Source: Dehalococcoidia bacterium
Lineage (GTDB): Bacteria; Chloroflexota; Dehalococcoidia; GIF9; UBA5629
Direction of reading: 5' to 3'
Assembly (NCBI GenBank): GCA_050011565.1
Contig: JBEKIW010000001.1
Coordinates: 384,001-448,000 of the forward strand
DNA length: 64,000 bases
Shown here: positions 38,905-48,948 of the stretch, piece by piece
Layout: each line of letters starts with the position of its first letter
Numbering within the stretch: position 1 is the first letter of the stretch
Notes under the pieces: model-generated
What the model saw: the letters and a program-made list of their open reading frames with translations, nothing else
Told to the model about the DNA's origin: nothing
Database searches by the model: none
Translations under genes and position numbers: made by a program

Positions 38905-40443
38905 ATGAAAGATAGCCAAAAAACAAAAGCTCAACTTATTAACGAACTGGAAGTAATGCGCCAGAAGATTAAAAAAAAGGACATAGCAAAAACCAGGAGT
39001 GATAGTGCAAAGCAACGTTTGAAGTATTCTGAAATTCGCTATAGACGCCTTTTTGAAACAGCACAGGATGGGATATTGATTCTCGATGCAGAAACTGGTC
39101 AAATAACAGATGTCAATCCGTTTCTGATGGACATGCTGGGATATCCCCACAAGGAATTTATGGGAAAGAGGCTTTGGGAGATAGGACCATTCAAAGACGT
39201 TGCGGCAAGTAAAACCGCCTATCGAGAATTGCAGGAGAAAGAATACGTTCGTTATGAGAATTTACCACTTGAAACCAGGGACAAACGTCAAATCCAGGTT
39301 GAATTTGTATCCAATATATATAAAGTCAATCATTCCCGCGTTATCCAGTGCAACATCCGCGATATAACAGCACGCAAACAGATTGAAAGGCAGCTGAGAT
39401 TTCATGCAGAGGTCCTCGACCAGATTAGTGATGCGGTAGTTGTCATTGATAATAAGCGCATAGTAAATTACTGGAATAAAGGTGCAGAACGACTGTATGG
39501 CTTAAGTGAGGAGGAGGCGTCTGGACAGCCTGTAGGGGAACTTTATCAAGATCTCTGGTTGAAACCCGAAGATGAGCAGGCTTCAGTACAAGCATTGGAA
39601 ACAAGAGGGTTTTGGTCAGGAGACAATATACATATAAAGCGAGATGGAGTGCGGTTATATGTTCAGTCATCAGTAAGCACGATAAAAGACAAGAACGGCA
39701 AGGTAATAGGGATGCTGGCCGTTATCCGTGACGTCACCGGGCGCACAGAATTAGACCTTTTGAAAGACGAGTTCATCGGCCTGGTATCACACGAAATGCG
39801 CACACCGCTGACGGTTATTATAGGATGCCTCAATACAGCCCTGGGCAAGGGTGAACTCCTTCCTAAGGATGAGATAAACGAACTTCTTAACGATGCCTAT
39901 TGCGAGGCTGTCTCGTTGTCTCACATTCTAGAGAATCTGCTTGAACTTTCCCGCACGCAGGCCAAACGGTTATTGCTTTACCCCGAGCCAATGAGAATTG
40001 AGAAGCTGGCAGAGGATGTGGTTAAGGAATTCAAGGGACAATCTGCGCACCAGTTTATACTGGATTTTCCCAGCGAGATACCGCCGCTAGAAGCCGATAC
40101 GTTACGAGTCAGGCGGATATTATACAATTTGGTACAAAATGCGGTTAAGTATTCACCCGCTGGAAGCAAGATAAAGGTCTTCGCCAGGCAGGAGCCGGAT
40201 AGTCTGGTTATCGGTGTCAGAGATCAGGGTAGCGGTATATCTGCTACGGATCAGACCAGGCTTTTTCATTCTTTTCAGCGGTTGGGGATAGAGCCATCCG
40301 GTGAGATTAAAGGAATCGGATTAGGACTCATGGTGTGCCTGCGCCTGGTGGAAGCTCATGGTGGAAAAATCTGGGTTGAATCAGCGCCTGAGAAAGGCTC
40401 TACCTTCTACTTTAGCTTGCCTTTAATACATCGTGAGGGATAA
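38905..40443 (+). CDS. Two-PAS sensor histidine kinase
   Basis: SHEMRTPL, NLVQNAVKYS, GIGLGL; divergent from the response regulator. Confidence 0.92.
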   Translation: MKDSQKTKAQLINELEVMRQKIKKKDIAKTRSDSAKQRLKYSEIRYRRLFETAQDGILILDAETGQITDVNPFLMDMLGYPHKEFMGKRLWEIGPFKDVAASKTAYRELQEKEYVRYENLPLETRDKRQIQVEFVSNIYKVNHSRVIQCNIRDITARKQIERQLRFHAEVLDQISDAVVVIDNKRIVNYWNKGAERLYGLSEEEASGQPVGELYQDLWLKPEDEQASVQALETRGFWSGDNIHIKRDGVRLYVQSSVSTIKDKNGKVIGMLAVIRDVTGRTELDLLKDEFIGLVSHEMRTPLTVIIGCLNTALGKGELLPKDEINELLNDAYCEAVSLSHILENLLELSRTQAKRLLLYPEPMRIEKLAEDVVKEFKGQSAHQFILDFPSEIPPLEADTLRVRRILYNLVQNAVKYSPAGSKIKVFARQEPDSLVIGVRDQGSGISATDQTRLFHSFQRLGIEPSGEIKGIGLGLMVCLRLVEAHGGKIWVESAPEKGSTFYFSLPLIHREG

Positions 40444-40502
40444 GAGCATCTAACAAATTTCGCGTGTAACGTTCTATCTGCATCAGTACTTCTATCAGGT
40501 TA

Positions 40503-40677
40503 ATTATCCCTGACGAGTATATTTCCACAAAAGACTTAGACCAGAGCCTGCTCCTGCGTTAAAAATATCATAACTATTTAATTTTTTACCTTCTTATTAT
40601 ATTACTAATCCATATCTTGCATGATAAGATTTTTATAATTGCTATTAGCGACTGACACGTCTCAATAACAGGCAGCA
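40503..40677 (+). repeat. ~175-bp non-coding repeat R, copy 1
   Basis: Near-identical to 42090-42262 and 47442-47616. Confidence 0.9.
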
Positions 40678-40815
40678 GTAAGAAAAGGTTTAAGAGGAGG
40701 TTAGAGTATTTAACGTAACGTATAAGAAGTTTTAGACAACTGTTAACAATACAAACAATACGAAGATTAAGGGCGTGTCGATGTCGCAGGCAGTATATTT
40801 TTGGAGGTGACTACA

Positions 40816-41775
40816 TTGAAAAGGTTTGTTTTTCTTTCTCTATCACTATTATTATTACTATTTCTCATCCCGGGTTGTTTAACAGTTCCATCAGTAGGAA
40901 CGCCACCGGTTATCATAGAATTTAGCAATAATCCATCTACCATTAATGCCGGTGACACGTCAATCTTGTTTTGGGCTGTTACCGGGGCTACATCGGTGAG
41001 TATAGACCAGGGTATAGGTCAGGTTAATGTTGCGGGGACCAGGGTAGTATCACCGACTGCATCCACTGTGTATACTATAAGTGCTACCAACTCTGCTGGT
41101 ACCATCACCAGATCAGCGGTGACTACTGTCAACTCAGCACCACTCCCCTTGCCTATGCCATTCGCGGTAACCAGTGTTATAGCCAATACTTCGCCATCAA
41201 GCTTCACCGGTGCTTGTCCCAAAACCTTCACCTTTTACGCTACTATCACTGCCAACGGTCCTGGCACAGTTACTTACAGGTGGGAAAGAAGCGATGGCGG
41301 ATATAGTGATATCCAAAGCATCACCTTTTACGCAGCCGGTACAAAAATAACAACATTGCAGTGGGAATTGAGTGGATCGGCTTCCGGTTGGCATCGTATC
41401 CACGTTTTGACTCCCTATGATGCAGCATCGAATCCGGTATATTACACACTCAACTGTAGTGCTGGCTCATTGGTGACAGGTATCATTGTGGGTGTTGATC
41501 AGTACCCATTCACCGGTCCTTGTCCCAAGACCATTCACTTTTGGGGAATTATCGCCGCCAATGGTCCTGGTACAGTTACTTACAGGTGGGAGAGAAGCGA
41601 TGGTGCTACTGATCCGGAGACCATCACCTTCACTGCCGCTGGCTCGCAGGCCGTCAGTAACCTATTGACACGTGGCGAAGGTACTGGATGGCAACGCCTC
41701 CATGTTCTCACGCCCAATGATGCGGTATCGAGTCAAATCGACTTTGTAGTGACGTGCTACGACCTGTCTCAATAG
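40816..41775 (+). CDS. Lipoprotein paralog L1: shared Ig-like domain plus two tandem beta-rich repeats
   Basis: IPGC lipobox; ANGPGTVTYRWERSDG twice; TTG start after GGAGG. Confidence 0.85.
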   Translation: MKRFVFLSLSLLLLLFLIPGCLTVPSVGTPPVIIEFSNNPSTINAGDTSILFWAVTGATSVSIDQGIGQVNVAGTRVVSPTASTVYTISATNSAGTITRSAVTTVNSAPLPLPMPFAVTSVIANTSPSSFTGACPKTFTFYATITANGPGTVTYRWERSDGGYSDIQSITFYAAGTKITTLQWELSGSASGWHRIHVLTPYDAASNPVYYTLNCSAGSLVTGIIVGVDQYPFTGPCPKTIHFWGIIAANGPGTVTYRWERSDGATDPETITFTAAGSQAVSNLLTRGEGTGWQRLHVLTPNDAVSSQIDFVVTCYDLSQ

Positions 41776-41786
41776 AGGTAAAACAA

Positions 41787-41906
41787 ATGAAGTCATTTTT
41801 AGCTCCGATGAAAGGCGATTGGAAGACTAATTTTCTCTTCTGGTCGATGGTGGTCTGCAGCGGCCTTATCATATTTATGATGGTAACGCTCGTGAAGATA
41901 ATTTAA
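41787..41906 (+). CDS. 39-aa single-TM protein (not in ORF track)
   Basis: GAGGT RBS; MKSFLAPMKGDWKTNFLFWSMVVCSGLIIFMMVTLVKII. Confidence 0.5.
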   Translation: MKSFLAPMKGDWKTNFLFWSMVVCSGLIIFMMVTLVKII

Positions 41907-41926
41907 TCATTGGTCAATTCTACTCT

Positions 41927-41968
41927 CAACAGGACAGGGCGCTGCGCACTCGGCGCCCTGTCCTGTTG
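41927..41968. terminator. Perfect 16-bp stem-loop
   Basis: CAACAGGACAGGGCGC / GCGCCCTGTCCTGTTG. Confidence 0.6.
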
Positions 41969-42089
41969 TGGAGAGGATGGCGGCCACAAAGTCGTCTCCA
42001 ATGGCAGCAGCACAAATCTAATCAGCATTAAGGTGTTCAACTCCGCCATCAGTGAGCATAATTTGTCCTCGGTGTCGATCGTCCCTTTC

Positions 42090-42262
42090 ATTATTCCTGA
42101 CGAGTATTTTTCCACAAAAGACTTAGACCAGAGCCTGCTCCTTCGTCAAATATCATAACTATTTAACTTTCTGCCTTCTTATTATATTACTAATCCATAT
42201 CTCGCATGATAAGATTTTTGTAATTGCTATTAGTGACTGACACGTCTCAATAACAGGCGGCA
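42090..42262 (+). repeat. Non-coding repeat R, copy 2
   Basis: Direct comparison with copies 1 and 3. Confidence 0.9.
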
Positions 42263-42291
42263 ATCAATAATAAAGAAAGGAGAATTCACAA

Positions 42292-42498
42292 ATGTCAATC
42301 GCACGTGTCACTGAAATCAAAGCGTCTTCCACAAAGAGTTTCGACGATGCCATCAAGTTAGGCATTGCTCGCGCCCAAAAAACTCTTACGCATGTACAAT
42401 CTGCATGGATCGAGAATCAGGAAATTCTACTTAATGGCAAAGGACTAATCGCTGAGTACCGGGTCCAGATGAAAGTAACGTTTATTCTGGAAGAGTAA
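42292..42498 (+). CDS. Dodecin family protein (copy 1)
   Basis: SSTKSFDDAIKLGIARAQKTL..EYRVQMKVTF. Confidence 0.9.
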   Translation: MSIARVTEIKASSTKSFDDAIKLGIARAQKTLTHVQSAWIENQEILLNGKGLIAEYRVQMKVTFILEE

Positions 42499-42584
42499 AT
42501 TAAGAAGTTTTAGACAACTGTTAACAATACACAGATTAAGGACGTGTCGATTTCGCAGGCAACACATTTTAGGAGGTACATACA

Positions 42585-43511
42585 TTGAAAAGGTTTATTT
42601 TTCTTTCTCTATCACTACTACTACTAATTCTCATACCGGGTTGTATTACAGTTCCAGCCCCGGCACCAAATCCTACCCCACCAGTAGGAACGCCACCGTT
42701 TATCATAGAATTTAGCAGTAATCCATATACCATTAATGCCGGTGATACGTCAATCTTGTTTTGGAATGTTACCGGGGCTACATCGGTGAGCATAGATCAG
42801 AGTATAGGTCGGGTAGATTTTACGGGAATCAAGGTAGTGTCACCGGCTATATCCACTGTTTATACTATAAGTGCCACCAACTCTGCTGGGACCATCACCA
42901 GATCAGCGGTGACTATTGTCAACTCAGCACCACCCCCTGCGCCTATACCGTTGACTGGTATCACCGTGGGTGTTATGCCAGGTGAAAGTGGGTCAATGGT
43001 CAAGAGCGGTAGGACCTATACCAGGTTGCCTGCTATCTGTGTTGGGGACAATGGAGGCGACCTTGCCAGCCGCGCTTTCTTAAGCTTCGACATTTCGTGG
43101 CTCCCCAGCAATGCATTGATAGACGAGGTGGTCCTGTCCCTAGGCGGGTATACGTCAACCGGTTTACCGACATATACGGATCCAGTCTACGGCCCCCGGT
43201 ACGGCAACCTTGGAGCGCTGGAGATTTACAGGTACCAGTATGGTACATATGAAGGTCTCGATACATTAGCCTATAACGGACAGGGGGAGCTGGTGGCCTC
43301 GGGTAAAATAACCAACTATCCGCTCGCGGTCTGGAACTTAGAAATCAAGGATCCTGCTAGCGGAAAGTCCAGTGTCCAGGGGTTAGTCATAGCCGGGCAG
43401 CCCAGGTTCCAGTTGAGGATTCAATTTTTCACGTCCACTAACTGGAATGGTGTGGCAGACACGCTGTGCTTTGACAAAGCCACGTTGACGGTTAGATACC
43501 ATTTGCCCTGA
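42585..43511 (+). CDS. Lipoprotein paralog L2: shared Ig-like domain plus DNRLRE-like C-terminal domain
   Basis: IPGC lipobox; VGDNGGDLASRAFLSFDISWLPSNALIDEVVLSL. Confidence 0.85.
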   Translation: MKRFIFLSLSLLLLILIPGCITVPAPAPNPTPPVGTPPFIIEFSSNPYTINAGDTSILFWNVTGATSVSIDQSIGRVDFTGIKVVSPAISTVYTISATNSAGTITRSAVTIVNSAPPPAPIPLTGITVGVMPGESGSMVKSGRTYTRLPAICVGDNGGDLASRAFLSFDISWLPSNALIDEVVLSLGGYTSTGLPTYTDPVYGPRYGNLGALEIYRYQYGTYEGLDTLAYNGQGELVASGKITNYPLAVWNLEIKDPASGKSSVQGLVIAGQPRFQLRIQFFTSTNWNGVADTLCFDKATLTVRYHLP

Positions 43512-43688
43512 AGACCTATCCTGCGTTCAGCCAGTATGCAGGATTTAAGTTCTTCTTTTTGTAACGCCAATGTATAGAAGTAAACCAGGGTTTCAGGACG
43601 CCGGGTTTGCCCGACGTCCTGAAACTATTGTCTTTAAGAGTAAGTACGTGTCGATGTCGCAGACAACATATTTTAGGAGGTACATACA

Positions 43689-44330
43689 TTGAAAAGATTA
43701 GTTTTTCTTTCTCTATCACTACTACTAATGATTCTCATCCCGGGTTGTATTACAGTTCCAGCGGCAGGAACGCCACCGGTTATCATAGAATTTAGCAATA
43801 ATCCATCTACCATTAATGACGGTGGCACGTCAACTCTGTTGTGGAATGTTACTGGAGCTAACTCGGTGAGTATAGACCAGGGTATAGGTCAGGTTAATGT
43901 TGCGGGGACCAGGGTAGTATCACCGACTACATCCACTGTTTATACTATAAGTGCTACCAACTCTTCTGGTACCGTTACAAGATCAGCGGTGACTATTGTC
44001 AACTCAGCATCACCGCCACCCCCTGCTTCGACCTCATTTGCGGTGACGGGCATCATAGCCAATACTGAGCCATCAAACTCCACCGGTTGTTTCACCCTTT
44101 ACGCTAATATCACTGCCAATGGACCCGGCACAGCTAGTTACATCTGGGAATCAACCGATGGCGGCGGATATAGTTATACCTGGAATATCACATTTCCCAC
44201 GGCCGGTATACAAAAAATAACATTACCGGTGGAAATGAGTGCATTGCCTTCCGGTCTGTATAGAGTCCACGTTTTGACTCCCAATGATGTTGTATCGAAT
44301 TCGACATATTACACAACCTGTGCGCCCTAA
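43689..44330 (+). CDS. Lipoprotein paralog L3: shared Ig-like domain plus one beta-rich repeat
   Basis: IPGC lipobox; ITANGPGTASYIWESTDGG..RVHVLTPND. Confidence 0.85.
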   Translation: MKRLVFLSLSLLLMILIPGCITVPAAGTPPVIIEFSNNPSTINDGGTSTLLWNVTGANSVSIDQGIGQVNVAGTRVVSPTTSTVYTISATNSSGTVTRSAVTIVNSASPPPPASTSFAVTGIIANTEPSNSTGCFTLYANITANGPGTASYIWESTDGGGYSYTWNITFPTAGIQKITLPVEMSALPSGLYRVHVLTPNDVVSNSTYYTTCAP

Positions 44331-44411
44331 TATCGTAACTGGTGGCAGGCCATAAAATAGTATCTAGCTTAATCGCAATCAATAATAAAGAATAGAAAGG
44401 AGAATTCACAA

Positions 44412-44618
44412 ATGTCAATCGCACGTGTCACTGAAATCAAAGCGTCTTCCACAAAGAGTTTCGACGATGCCATCAAGTTAGGCATTGCTCGCGCCCAAAA
44501 AACTCTTACGCATGTACAATCTGCATGGATCGAGAATCAGGAAGTTCTACTTAATGGCAAAGGACTAATCGCTGAGTACCGGGTCCAGATGAAAGTAACG
44601 TTTATTCTGGAAGAGTAA
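44412..44618 (+). CDS. Dodecin family protein (copy 2)
   Basis: Same protein as copy 1 except one I/V change. Confidence 0.9.
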   Translation: MSIARVTEIKASSTKSFDDAIKLGIARAQKTLTHVQSAWIENQEVLLNGKGLIAEYRVQMKVTFILEE

Positions 44619-44715
44619 ATAACGTAAAAATAATTAGAGTGCTCTATAGTTGCTCTTCTTGCCACTACTAAAATAGCTGTGGTTTTAAATGTAAGCGATA
44701 AAAAGGGGGGTAGTT

Positions 44716-44874
44716 ATGGATATCTTATTAATTATTGGTATTATTCTCTTAGTCTTGTGGTTGTTGGGTTTATTCACTCTCCCCTCTTTGGGCGGGCTGA
44801 TCTATATAGCACTTGTTATTGGAGTTATTTTCATTATTATCTGGCTGCTACGAAGAGTATTCAGACTTTTTTAA
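44716..44874 (+). CDS. 52-aa membrane protein, lmo0937/DUF5670-like (copy 1, not in ORF track)
   Basis: MDILLIIGIILLVLWLLGLFTLPSLGGLIYIALVIGVIFIIIWLLRRVFRLF. Confidence 0.75.
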   Translation: MDILLIIGIILLVLWLLGLFTLPSLGGLIYIALVIGVIFIIIWLLRRVFRLF

Positions 44875-44962
44875 CCCAGTCCAGCCTTTGTGTAGGTTAC
44901 CTTAAACAAACAGCCTTAGATTGGTGATTGAAAAATTGAAAGGCAAGGGTCATAATTAACCC

Positions 44963-46435
44963 ATGTCAACTCCTCCTAGTGGAAGTGGAAAAGGTATCCT
45001 GGAGCGGATAGCCCGTCGGGTTATGCAAGAACGTGGTTTTCTGCCCGATTTTTCAAGGGCTGCCCTCAATGAACTTGAAAAGATTCAGCAGATTGATTGG
45101 GGGGTGGAAGCTCATAGGAAGGACTTGCGCCACCTGCCCTGGGCATCGATCGATAACGACGATTCCCTTGACCTGGACCAGCTAACGGTGGCAGATGCCC
45201 TGCCGGATAATGCGGTGAGGATCCGCGTGACAGTCGCTGACGTAGACATACTGGTAAAAAGGGACACGGCCATCGATGAGCACGCCCACCAGAACACGAC
45301 TTCGATCTATACGGCCGGTAAGACTTTCCCCATGCTCCCGGAGAGGCTGTCTAGCGGTCTCACCTCCCTCAATTTTCAGGAAGACCGCCCGGCCATCGTG
45401 ATCGACATGGTGATCGACGACGCTGGTGAGTTTCAAAACCCGGATATATACCTTGCCACGGTGCATAACTATGCCAAGCTGGCCTACAGAAGCGTGGGGG
45501 CCTGGCTGGACGGCACAGGGCCTATTCCGGACGCTATTACAGCTGTCCCCGCTCTTGCCGATAATCTCCTAATGCAGGACCGGGTGGCCCAGAAGTTGAA
45601 GGCCAAGAGGCATGAACATGGCGCCCTGAACTTGCAGACACTGGAAGCCCGCCCGGTCTTTGCGGGAGACGTGATCAATGACCTGCAGGTGGAGGTAAAG
45701 AACAGAGCCACGGAGCTGATCGAGGATTTCATGATAGCGGCAAACGACGTGACAGCGCGTTTTCTTCGCGATAAGCAGGTACCCTCATTGAGACGTGTAG
45801 TCCGCACGCCCAAGCGGTGGGACAGGATCGTGGAGATCGCCGCCCAATATAATTACCAGCTTCCCGCAGAACCCGATTCAAAGGCGCTTTCGATCTTTCT
45901 GAGCGCACAGAAAGCAGCCAACCCGGTGGCTTTTCCTGACCTTTCCCTCTCCGTTATCAAGCTGCTCGGCTCGGGTGAATACGTCGTCGAGCTCCCAAAC
46001 GAGACTGCGCCAGGCCACTTCGGCCTCGCCGTCCAGGACTACACACACTCTACGGCCCCCAACCGCCGGTTCCCTGACCTGATCACCCAGCGCATCCTTA
46101 AGGCTACCCTGGCAGGGTCACCCATACCATACAAACAGGACGAGTTGGTGGAGCTGGCTACACATTGTACGCAGAAAGAAGATGATGCCAACAAGGTGGA
46201 ACGGCTGGTTGCCAAATCGGCTGCGGCCATGCTCCTCTCTTCAAGAATAGGAGACCAGTTTGATGCAATCTGCACCGGTGCTGCAGACAAAGGGACATGG
46301 GTGAGAATCTTCAACCCACCCGTTGAAGGACGGCTGCTCAGAGGCTTTCAGGGCATCGACGTCGGCACCCGGTTGAAAGTGCAGTTGATCCACACCGATG
46401 TGGAGAAAGGTTTTATCGATTTTAAGAAGGCCTGA
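44963..46435 (+). CDS. RNB-domain (RNase II family) ribonuclease, short form
   Basis: SIDNDDSLDLDQ, LIEDFMIAAN, HFGLA..YTHSTAPNRRFPDL. Confidence 0.9.
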   Translation: MSTPPSGSGKGILERIARRVMQERGFLPDFSRAALNELEKIQQIDWGVEAHRKDLRHLPWASIDNDDSLDLDQLTVADALPDNAVRIRVTVADVDILVKRDTAIDEHAHQNTTSIYTAGKTFPMLPERLSSGLTSLNFQEDRPAIVIDMVIDDAGEFQNPDIYLATVHNYAKLAYRSVGAWLDGTGPIPDAITAVPALADNLLMQDRVAQKLKAKRHEHGALNLQTLEARPVFAGDVINDLQVEVKNRATELIEDFMIAANDVTARFLRDKQVPSLRRVVRTPKRWDRIVEIAAQYNYQLPAEPDSKALSIFLSAQKAANPVAFPDLSLSVIKLLGSGEYVVELPNETAPGHFGLAVQDYTHSTAPNRRFPDLITQRILKATLAGSPIPYKQDELVELATHCTQKEDDANKVERLVAKSAAAMLLSSRIGDQFDAICTGAADKGTWVRIFNPPVEGRLLRGFQGIDVGTRLKVQLIHTDVEKGFIDFKKA

Positions 46436-46452
46436 CACGCGGCATTGGTAAA

Positions 46453-47418
46453 ATGAAAATCAAATCGTATTTGATCACTTCTGGGAGGCTGCAGGAACGA
46501 CCCGCCACTGATGGTCTGCCGAAGATAGACCCCGGGCAAACGGCGGAGACCTGGTATGATATCGAAGATGCAGAACCGGATGAATTGAGGCGGTTTCTTT
46601 CAACTCTCGAGCTTCACCCTCTCATGCTAAACCGCTGTCTGGACAAGGCCAATACACCGGGTGTCATATCTTTCGGTGAAGCTGTTCTGCTGGAATACCC
46701 GGTTGCTTTGGATCTGGCTGCTGCAGACCCATCCTACTTGGCCATCGTCCTTCGACACCCGGTGCTGATAACGCTGCGGCCCGGCACGATGCCCGCTCTT
46801 AATGACCTGATACGAAACTTCATATTGGAACAAGTGTCGGGTTTGGACAACCTTGTGCAGCTTGTTTACTTGATCCTCGATGAACTTACGGATCTGACAG
46901 TGCAGGCGGAGACAGATATCCGTGATAAGATCATGCTCACGCACAGGACCATTGCCGATAACCCGGGCAGCGTGAAAGAAAGGGACCTTACCACGCTTCG
47001 CTGGGATGTGGAAAAATTGGTCTCTCTGATCGAAAACCAGCTCTACTGCGTCACCGGCCTGAATGCCTCCGACAATGCCGCTCTCCAGGAGCCGCACCGC
47101 AGAGCTTATATTCAAGACCTTGTGTCTGAGGTGGAGATTGCCCAACGTGGCATTTACCGTCTTGAAACCCGGGTGAAAGACCTCTTCGATTCCTACCAGA
47201 TAGCGGGCAGCACCCGCATGGAAAAGCGGTTGCGCACACTGACGATTGTCTCTACGATCACATTGCCCTTTGGGCTCATTGCCGGCCTGCTGGGGATGAA
47301 CGTCGGCGGATTGCCTGGAACGCAGGATCACTACGGATTCATAATCGTGATAATCCTGATGGTTGCTATTGCTGCTGCGGAGCTATGGTATTTCAAGCGT
47401 AAAGGCTGGTTTGATTGA
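46453..47418 (+). CDS. CorA-family divalent cation transporter
   Basis: GMN signature and two C-terminal TM helices, KRKGWF end. Confidence 0.88.
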   Translation: MKIKSYLITSGRLQERPATDGLPKIDPGQTAETWYDIEDAEPDELRRFLSTLELHPLMLNRCLDKANTPGVISFGEAVLLEYPVALDLAAADPSYLAIVLRHPVLITLRPGTMPALNDLIRNFILEQVSGLDNLVQLVYLILDELTDLTVQAETDIRDKIMLTHRTIADNPGSVKERDLTTLRWDVEKLVSLIENQLYCVTGLNASDNAALQEPHRRAYIQDLVSEVEIAQRGIYRLETRVKDLFDSYQIAGSTRMEKRLRTLTIVSTITLPFGLIAGLLGMNVGGLPGTQDHYGFIIVIILMVAIAAAELWYFKRKGWFD

Positions 47419-47441
47419 TAGATATATGCCGCCTGTAAGAA

Positions 47442-47616
47442 ATTATTCCTAACGAGTGTATTTCCCCAAAAGACTTAGACCAGAGCCTGCTCCTTCGTTA
47501 AAAATATCATAACTATTTAACTTTATGCCTTCTTATTATATTACTAATCCATATCTCGAATGATAAGATTTTCGTAATTGCTATTAGCGACTGACACGTC
47601 TCAATAACAGGCAGCA
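47442..47616 (+). repeat. Non-coding repeat R, copy 3
   Basis: Direct comparison with copies 1 and 2. Confidence 0.9.
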
Positions 47617-47718
47617 ATCAATAAGAAAATGTTATAAGAAGTTTATGGCAACTGTTAGCAATACGAAGATTAAGGACGTGTCGATGTCGCAGGCAACATA
47701 TTTTTGGAGGTGACTACA

Positions 47719-48330
47719 TTGAAAAGGTTTGTTTTTCTTTCTCTATCACTACTACTACTACTGATTCTTATCCCAAGTTGTATTACAGTTCCAGCCCCGT
47801 CACCAAATCCTATCCCACCGGTAGGAACGCCACCGGTTATCATGGAATTTAGCAGTAATCCATCTACCATTAATGCCGGTGGCACGTCAACTCTGTTGTG
47901 GAATGTTACCGGGGCTACATCGGTGAGTATAGACCAGGGTATAGGTCAGGTTAATGTTGCGGGGACCAGGGTGCTATCACCGACTAAATCCACTGCGTAT
48001 ACTATAAGTGCCACCAACTCTGCTGGTACCGTTATCAGATCATCGGCGATTATTATCGTCTCAGCGCCAGCGCCAGCGCCACCGCCACAAACTACACCTA
48101 GTAATCCTGTTATCAATTTCACCGCCAGCTATGGCGGAGGTACTTCGTGGCAACTTAACTGGAATGTATCAAACGCCACACAGATAGTCATCCAGCCTGA
48201 TATAGGTCCTGTTAACCCAACAGGTAGCACAGTGGTCACAGTACCCTCAGGACAAACTAAATTGTACAGGTTGGAGGCAGTAAACGACTGGGGATGGGCC
48301 TATTGGGAAGTCGTTATGGCATCCCCTTAA
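47719..48330 (+). CDS. Lipoprotein paralog L4: shared Ig-like domain plus a second diverged Ig-like domain
   Basis: IPSC lipobox; LNWNVSNATQIVIQPDIGPV resembles LLWNVTGATSVSIDQGIGQV. Confidence 0.85.
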   Translation: MKRFVFLSLSLLLLLILIPSCITVPAPSPNPIPPVGTPPVIMEFSSNPSTINAGGTSTLLWNVTGATSVSIDQGIGQVNVAGTRVLSPTKSTAYTISATNSAGTVIRSSAIIIVSAPAPAPPPQTTPSNPVINFTASYGGGTSWQLNWNVSNATQIVIQPDIGPVNPTGSTVVTVPSGQTKLYRLEAVNDWGWAYWEVVMASP

Positions 48331-48419
48331 ATTCCAGTCATATATATTTCGTAGTCTGAACGGCAGCTCAAGCTACGGTCCGCGCAGCTACAGCACAAGA
48401 TAAGTAATGCAGTAGATGA

Positions 48420-48476
48420 CTTGACCCCGAGGACATATGCAGGCCCGAACGGGGCTTACGTATGTCCCCGGTCAAG
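48420..48476. terminator. Long imperfect hairpin between convergent genes
   Basis: CTTGACC..GGACATATGCAGGCCC / GGGCTTACGTATGTCC..GGTCAAG. Confidence 0.5.
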
Positions 48477-48487
48477 CTTAATTTCTC

Positions 48488-48922
48488 TTAATCACTTCCA
48501 AAGGGGGTCTTCTTTATGGTCAAAAGCACCCGGTATTCTTCGCTTGATATCTTCTTGCCTAACTCCGGGTATGGCTGTACGTGTGAGGTGAACTCATATT
48601 TCTTGTAAATGATCTTGCCGTACTGGTCACTCAAACCCGGTTCGGTCAGCACTATTTTCGCTGAATCACTGCTATCGCTAACCTGCAAGACACAGCTCAC
48701 TCTACCTTGCCAGATACAGGTCGCACCCCTGGGACACCGGCTGTCCTCTTGGATTCCCTCAAACTTTATAGTAAGTTGTTCCTCTTGTAACTCGGCGGTT
48801 TGGCCTATGGCCAGGGAGAACTCATCATTGAGAGAGACTTTGATCGTACCTTCACTACTCTGACAACCGGATAAAATGGTCAATATAACCACTGAGATGA
48901 GAAACAGAGTATGTTTAAACAT
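48488..48922 (-). CDS. Hypothetical lipoprotein
   Basis: LSGC lipobox; EDSRCPRGATCIWQG. Confidence 0.8.
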   Translation of the reverse strand: MFKHTLFLISVVILTILSGCQSSEGTIKVSLNDEFSLAIGQTAELQEEQLTIKFEGIQEDSRCPRGATCIWQGRVSCVLQVSDSSDSAKIVLTEPGLSDQYGKIIYKKYEFTSHVQPYPELGKKISSEEYRVLLTIKKTPFGSD

Positions 48923-48948
48923 TCATTTGACCCAACCCTTTTGAATTC

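Noticed and set aside
41903-42115. Minus-strand 70-aa ORF starting inside repeat R2
   Set aside because: Runs through a strong hairpin, has no recognisable motif and is not continued at the other R copies
45140-45190. RNB motif DLDQ instead of DLDD as a sign of inactivity
   Set aside because: The other acidic residues are kept; a single change is not enough to call it inactive
40503-48330. CRISPR array, DGR or shufflon explanation for the repeats
   Set aside because: Repeats are long and irregularly spaced, all in direct orientation; no cas, reverse transcriptase or invertase gene nearby
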